A DNA stretch of 56,799 bases, counting the filler, from Streblomastix strix (lineage: Eukaryota): NCBI GenBank assembly GCA_008636045.1. It is 3 parts of 3 records of this genome, joined end to end, with 100 filler letters (N's around TTAATTAATTAA, not from the genome) between each part and the next. Parts side by side here need not be neighbours in the genome. Positions count along the whole stretch, not along the records: positions 37,937 to 56,799 come from SNRW01000570.1; 2 more parts are not named here. One strand, written 5' to 3'. This document shows, piece after piece, positions 50,960 through 56,799 of the stretch (positions within the stretch are counted from its first letter, which is position 1; every line of letters begins with the position of its first letter). Below the pieces are notes generated by a model. That model was not told the DNA's origin. It made no database searches and was given only the letters and a program-made list of their open reading frames with translations. Position numbers and translations under genes: made by a program.

Positions 50960-52545
50960 ATTTATAAACATCAGCTAAATCTTATAGGATTGACTCTTAT
51001 GGTTCTGATAATTAAAAGTATAACGTTTTTAATTAAGCATTTACAATAAAATAATTCACTGAAAAATTATTCCATCTTCCGCTCTATGTGTTATATATAG
51101 CTGCAGGGAAGCCCAAACTTTTATGATCTGCAGGTAATATTGAATCAAAAATACGACTTACGTCTTATGTTCTCACTTGCAAACCTTTTGATTCGAAATA
51201 TAGATTGAATACGCATATTCTGCAAGCGCCATCATCAACTAGATAGAATGTATATATGCTGATGAAAGGAAAAAATGATTTATTAAAAAATGATTATAAA
51301 TATTTGTTATCGTATATTGTGATTGTTGTGATGAACTTAATTATTTTTCATGTTTTATTATTACTTCGTCGATTTGAGATTCGGGATCTTCAGATCATGC
51401 TTAAATTGATGCTGATGCGTTGGTGAAGTTATCAATGATATAAGTTTTTTGAAATTCACAATTAAACATATTTAATTTTCCACTAACGGCCACCTAAACA
51501 GCTGACGATTTATCATATATATCCATGAACAAACGTATAGCAAAAAATCTTGTTATTCTACAAGAATAGGCATATATTTAATATTAGGTGGTAGAACTTT
51601 TTTATCAATTTTCAAGAATAATTTATATACAGTTTACTGCGTATCAGAGTTGGCGCCTAATTGTGCCAATATTGTTTCAAAGCTATATGTGATGAATGGT
51701 CTATCTTTAATAAAATATGCTGTTCCATCTGCTTTATATGTAGCTAATTCATCCACTAATTTAATTTCACTATTCTAATAATTAGTTCTATTTAATCCTT
51801 AAACCCCCCCTCGATTAAATCAGTTTATTTTTTTAACTGTTTCAAAGAAATACGATTATGTTTCAAATTAACCTTTTCCATTAACATTCCACGTATCCAT
51901 AATGTCAAATTTTCCGTAGTTATTGGCATCATAATTTATTTTCATAGACGATTCATACTATTTATTATACTTATCATTAAGCACGAGAGCAGTATTTGAT
52001 GGTAATTATCTGGAGCTTATAATATATGGCCCCCCTTAATCGATATAGCAAAATATATTATATGTATTAGATGCGTCTGTTCCAACTAATGCAATCACTT
52101 AATCACCCTGTTTTGGTCCTGCTTAAGGGGGATAACTTTTGAATAAATATCTACCCAACTAACCATCTCCTGGAAATAGACCTGTTGTTGCATATGATGC
52201 TGTCAGTGTAATTCTATCGCCGTAAATGATTAACTATGGATCTGAACCACTGGATATTAAGAAACTCTATCTCTTTAGTTATGAACTCAAATCCAATTTA
52301 GCTATAGCATTCGGCACTGATGGCTTGAACTCTACATTTGAGCCATAGCTTGAACCATAGATAATATCATCAATATTTTTTACCTGCAATTGCAGAATTT
52401 GGTCTCCAATAGGTACAGTTTGCGGATGTTGCTCGAGTGACTTGGGATAACGTTCTTTGATATATGCGTATAACTTTGAGAAGTCAGATAAGCCAGCAGC
52501 GTCTAACAATATTTCATCAATATAAACGTTCGACTTTTATATTCA
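50960..52545 (-). pseudogene. Hypothetical beta-rich viral protein(s), approximate limits
   Basis: ORF 52279-52509 extends for several hundred codons with TAR=Gln, with frameshifts downstream. Confidence 0.4.
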
Positions 52546-52578
52546 ATTAAAATAAATAATTAAACCAAACATTTAACC

Positions 52579-55050
52579 TCAATCTTGTTTTTCTTTTGAC
52601 CCATGTAGCAGATGTGCATTAAATATATGAATTTGTTGTTGATTTTTAAAGTAATTAGTCCAGTTGAATAAGCAATCGATACATAACCTCCTTTATCGAC
52701 AGTTTGATTCGGAAATGGAATGTATGTAGCAACAGCCGTATCATCCTAAACTTAGTAGTCAGGATTAAAAGTTCCTGCATTATAATTTCCTCCATAAGCG
52801 AGTAATGAAAATATATAAAGATTTCCGATTCAAAATAAATTACATTATACTACTGCTCCTTTCATACCAGAAAATGCCGACTATGATAAATCTTCAATCT
52901 CTCCAAGTGATGATAATAATCGGTCGCCACAGCCAGTCAATAAAACCGGTGTATCATCCTTGCCTGTTTTCACAAATCCAGTCGCATTAACGTTAGCATT
53001 GAATGATTCTGTGCCATTAATTTCTTAATTATTAACTGTAATAACGCAATTTATTAGTATTGAATCTAATTCTAACAAAGTTAAATAAGTATTAGCTAGG
53101 GGGTCCCATATTTCATCGCATGTTTCACCAAATTGACTAACATATTTTAATCTTCCTGTTATTGTTTATTAAACAGAACTTTCTAATCTTTAATATTTAT
53201 TATTCGTTTCTATTTTTGAACATGTTTTTGTCTTTATGTAATAGTTTGATAAATCAGTTGGAGCACCAGCGAATTCAGAAATTGGATTAGTGTTACCAGC
53301 TCCAAGTAATACAACGCTGTCATCTGCACCAGATTTAACAAACGATGCACCTGTAATTGTTGCCATTTCATCTATTGAACTTACGAATCTACAAGCATTA
53401 TTGAATGTCTTGTTTGCTGTTATTGTCTATGAAGTGCCTAACGTCATATAACCGCTTAAATCAACCTCATCAACTTCATTTTGTGATATAAGTTAATCAA
53501 CTTCTATTTTGGTATAAGTTGTTGATTGATTTGCTTTCAACAACAAAAGAGCATCATCTTCTCCTTTTGTGTTTGAAACTCTTGAATCAGCTTTATTATT
53601 TAAAAAGATTATTGGTTTAGCCTTTTTTATACGCATCAATCAATTATGTTTTGTCAGCCTTCAATAACTGCAACGCATCATCTTCTCCTTTTGTGTTTGA
53701 AACTCTTGAATCAGCTTTATTATTTAAAAAGATTATTGGTTTAGCCTTTTTTATACGCATCAATCAATTATGTTTTGTCAGCCTTCAATAACTGCAACGC
53801 ANNNNNNNNNNGCATCATCTTCTCCTTTTGTGTTTGAAACTCTTGAATCAGCTTTATTATTTAAAAAGATTATTGGTTTAGCCTTTTTTATACGCATCAA
53901 TCAATTATGTTTTGTCAGCCTTCAATAACTGCAACGCATCATCCTCTCCTTTTATATATGAAACACCTTAATTGGCTTTATTACTAAGCAGATTATCGGC
54001 TTCTCCTTTAGTGTATGAAACTCCTGAATCAGCATTATTATTGAGCAGATTATTGGTTTCGTCTTTTGTGTATGCATCAATCAGTTAAGTTTTATCAGCT
54101 TTCAACAACAGCAACGCATCATCTTCAGATTTAGTGTATGAAGCACTTTAAATATCTGCAATTGATCTAACTCCTCCATCAGCAAGAAGTACAGAGCTAT
54201 TATCGTATCCAGATTATTGAATTCCATTAGAAATAATAGAATTTGTAAAGGCCTTTATTTCAGTAATTGATTGATCAAATCGTGTTGCAACAAAATTTAT
54301 ATTTTTTCAGGTAGTAATGTATTTCAACTAAATAATAAATCACTTATTGCATTGCCTCCACTTGTAGCTGTTCCAAGAGTTGTAATGACGTTGGTCATAT
54401 CAGGTTATTTAGTTTCTAACACTTTTAAATCAATGCCATCACACCAACAATCCACTACTTATTTATCAACAATATATAAATTATCTCCAATTACTAGTTG
54501 TGCAACATTCTCTTGAATAGCCATTCAATCATTCAAATCTGACTATGTATCGAATACGTATGCTTTTGACTTTCCAGAATCAATTTCTCGAACATCTTAT
54601 AATTCAGTTTAATTCACTATTGAACCTACTAACATATTATCACCACCAGCGAGAAGTATAGAAGCATCATTTTTACCCTATTTTGAAACATTTGCTACTG
54701 ATATGATATTGAACTATTTTTGACCTGATATTGTTTGAGCAGAGCCTAAACTAACGTAATCAGCAAGCTCTGATTTATCAACTTTCAACAACAGCAGAGC
54801 ATCATCTTCTTATTTAGTGTATGCATCGATTTAATCAGATATATTTAATTTGTCAGCGAGTAGGGCATCGGTTTCAATCTTCGAATATGCATCAATTTAA
54901 TCGGAGAATTTTAATTTTAATACCTACATCTCATCATCTTCTTATTTAATGTATTCATCGATTAGCTCAGTTTTTTCAACTTTCAACAACAGCAGAGCAT
55001 CATCTTCTGTCTTCGAATAAGCGTCGATTTAATCAGATATATTTAGTTTG
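52579..55050 (-). pseudogene. Fibre-like protein with YTK-x-EDDALLLLKADK repeats, 5'-truncated
   Basis: Many copies of (A/S)Y(T/S)K.EDDALLLLK.DK plus QTISGQKQF, QTITANKTF and FVKSGADDSVVLLGAG shaft motifs. No in-frame ATG before a TGA near 55085. Confidence 0.72.
53551..53945. repeat. Identical 124-bp tandem repeat spanning a 10-N gap
   Basis: Units start at 53551, 53675 and 53812, with Ns at 53802-53811. Copy number is unreliable. Confidence 0.85.
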
Positions 55051-55115
55051 TCATAGGTTTGAATCAATATTTTCAAAAAAATATATCATATATGTAAAAG
55101 AATGTAATACACATC

Positions 55116-55383
55116 AGTAGTTATGAGAATATGGAGAGTGCCCCACATAGGAAAATAAAATAAATAATGTTAAATAAAATAATGAATATAAAATAATGAA
55201 AATAAATAATAATAAATAAATAATGATGTTTATTAATATAAAGAAAATAAACTCTTGAATATGATTAATGAATATATGATATTGAATATAATTATTGAAA
55301 TTGATTAATGTTGTTGATTAATATATTGCTTAATGATGTATGATTTTTGAACGTATGGCACTCTCCATATTCTCATAACTACA
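55116..55383. repeat. About 267-bp fold-back cassette starting AGTAGT, with a 26-bp perfect inverted repeat
   Basis: GTAGTTATGAGAATATGGAGAGTGCC (55117-55142) is the exact reverse complement of 55357-55382, with a very AT-rich spacer between them. Confidence 0.92.
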
Positions 55384-55514
55384 TACGAAGATTGATGGAG
55401 TTAGTTGATGAATTTGGTTGATGATTTTGAACATTTAAATTTTATTATATTCGGAAACCGAAAATTATTGGTGAATTCGTTAGTGAAAAGCATTATAAAT
55501 TGAACATTGAATTT

Positions 55515-55703
55515 TGAACGTTTATAGTGTTCCGAGTGTTCCGAGTCATAAAACATTGATGAATTTTATGAAATTGGCACGCATAAATGTTTTAGGTATT
55601 GAATGACTTTTAGGTGTTCCGAGTGTTCCGAGTGTTCCGAGTCAAAAACTTTTATAAAAAGCTGTGGCAAACTGGCCAACTGGCCAATAATTGAGGAAAA
55701 ATA
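55515..55703 (+). repeat. Two tandem intergenic modular repeats (partial + full; GTGTTCC box + TGGCCA box)
   Basis: GAATGACTTTTAGGTGTTCCGAGTGTTCCGAGTGTTCCGAGTCAAAAACTTTTATAAAAAGCTGTGGCAAACTGGCCAACTGGCCAAT at 55601, with a partial unit at 55526. Confidence 0.88.
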
Positions 55704-55718
55704 TATAATTTGCTTATT

Positions 55719-56799
55719 TCAAACGTTAGCATCTTCATTTGCATCTTCATTTGCATCTTCGTTGATGTCTTGGTCTTCTTCACTTAATCTATCATATAAT
55801 TTTATTAAATCTTCGTTCAATTTATATATCCATGTTCGTTTTCCTAATATTGTTTTATATATTCTTTAACATTTATTTTTTATTTATAGTTAAAAAGATT
55901 TTTCTTTAACATCGAATGGTTTAAATTATAGTGCTATAGTGCAAGGCACGCCTTCCTTAAAAGCTTGATAATTTTATAAGAATACATCATCAAGTTATGA
56001 ACGCGATGCTCTAATTATATCCTTTTTCGCTTCTGTGAATGGAATGATTCTTTAGTTCCAGCCTTCAATATTTCTGGTCATAAAATAAGTAAATAAATTA
56101 TTGTAAAATTCAGTAGTGAAGTCATTAGATAAAGATGTGAAATATTCGACGTCGTCCCTATGAACTGTCTTACATCTGCATACAACATAACGCCTATCAT
56201 TTGCTTCAATCTTAGTAGGGAAATCATTATTGGTTACCATTATCAAATTCATTACATTTTCTGATGTTCTAAGTGGTTAATTTTTTTCATTTATTCTTAT
56301 TTGATTATCGGTTATAATTGACTTCAACGCGTCCATGTTTGAATATCTCGCTTCTCCAAAAATTTTAAGTTCATTTGTTATTCCAAGCATTATATTTTCA
56401 ACGACAGAATTAAATTGTCCTGTAAATTCGCTAATGTCCGTAATATTTTTAATTGAATAACCAGCCAATAATTCACATAAAACATCTATAAATCTGTTCT
56501 TGCCTATTCCTTAACTGCCTTATAATATCAAAGCCACCTCTGATTTTACACCTACATTTTATATAACAAATGCAATCCAATTGAGGATATAATTATATAA
56601 ATCTTCATCATCTGCAGCTATTGTTTCATATATTAATTCTAAATAATCGTTAATTATGTCTTCATTAACAGAGGATAATTATTAATATTTATAGCCTTAA
56701 AATATACTGAAAACGTCTTATTCATGACTCATAAATTTTATTGCTCTCAGTGCGAATAAAGGATTATATTTTTCTAGAACATGTTTTAATGTTATTTTC
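55719..56799 (-). CDS. SF3 / D5-like primase-helicase, C-terminal helicase part (5' end outside window)
   Basis: Walker A ILQGSQGIGKN, FTGQFNS, Walker B GITNE, LKSIITD, sensor NLIMVTN and DRRY. Uninterrupted with TAR=Gln, ending in an (EDAN)3 tail. Confidence 0.9.

Larger units (their letters stand above)
37937..55050. mobile_element. Endogenous Polinton/Polinton-like virus 2 (partial, strongly decayed)
   Basis: Integrase, pPolB, packaging ATPase, HNH, probable capsid and fibre genes, intronless and tightly packed, with many frameshifts. Confidence 0.88.

Noticed and set aside
53551..53945. Biologically expanded fibre repeat
   Set aside because: The identical 124-bp copies all carry the same frameshift and straddle a 10-N gap, so an assembly artefact cannot be excluded.
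1272..55383. One giant element from AGTAGT at 1272 to the end near 55383
   Set aside because: The ends lie on different contigs, their terminal sequences differ, and core genes are duplicated by divergent versions.

Overview
The window is three separate contigs of near-identical length (1-18873, 18974-37836, 37937-56799) joined by 100-nt N/TTAATTAATTAA linkers, so adjacency across the gaps has no biological meaning. The DNA is AT-rich and eukaryotic, and reads only with TAA/TAG = Gln and TGA as the sole stop, which is why the supplied ORF track is fragmentary. The code, dense GT-AG introns and gene content fit an oxymonad such as Streblomastix (inference). Contig 1 has a Tudor-SN gene remnant followed by a decaying Polinton/Polinton-like virus starting at an AGTAGT end. 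It carries pPolB, packaging ATPase, a probable major capsid protein, fibre-like genes, an HNH nuclease and an amphipathic peptide gene. Contig 2 is host DNA, mostly pseudogenes (SPRY-like, kinase, CFAP61, S41 peptidase, Cys-rich protein), with a young, complete DIRS-type retrotransposon inserted in the S41 gene. Contig 3 holds a second, divergent Polinton-like element (integrase, pPolB, ATPase, HNH, capsid, fibre) and then a further AGTAGT end followed by an SF3/D5-type helicase. The strongest unexplained signals are a family of about 100-bp intergenic modules built from interchangeable 3x9-bp and 3x8-bp repeat boxes, and about 250-bp fold-back cassettes at the AGTAGT ends. All calls come from manual translation and motif recognition, with no database searches. 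Some boundaries of decayed genes are approximate.
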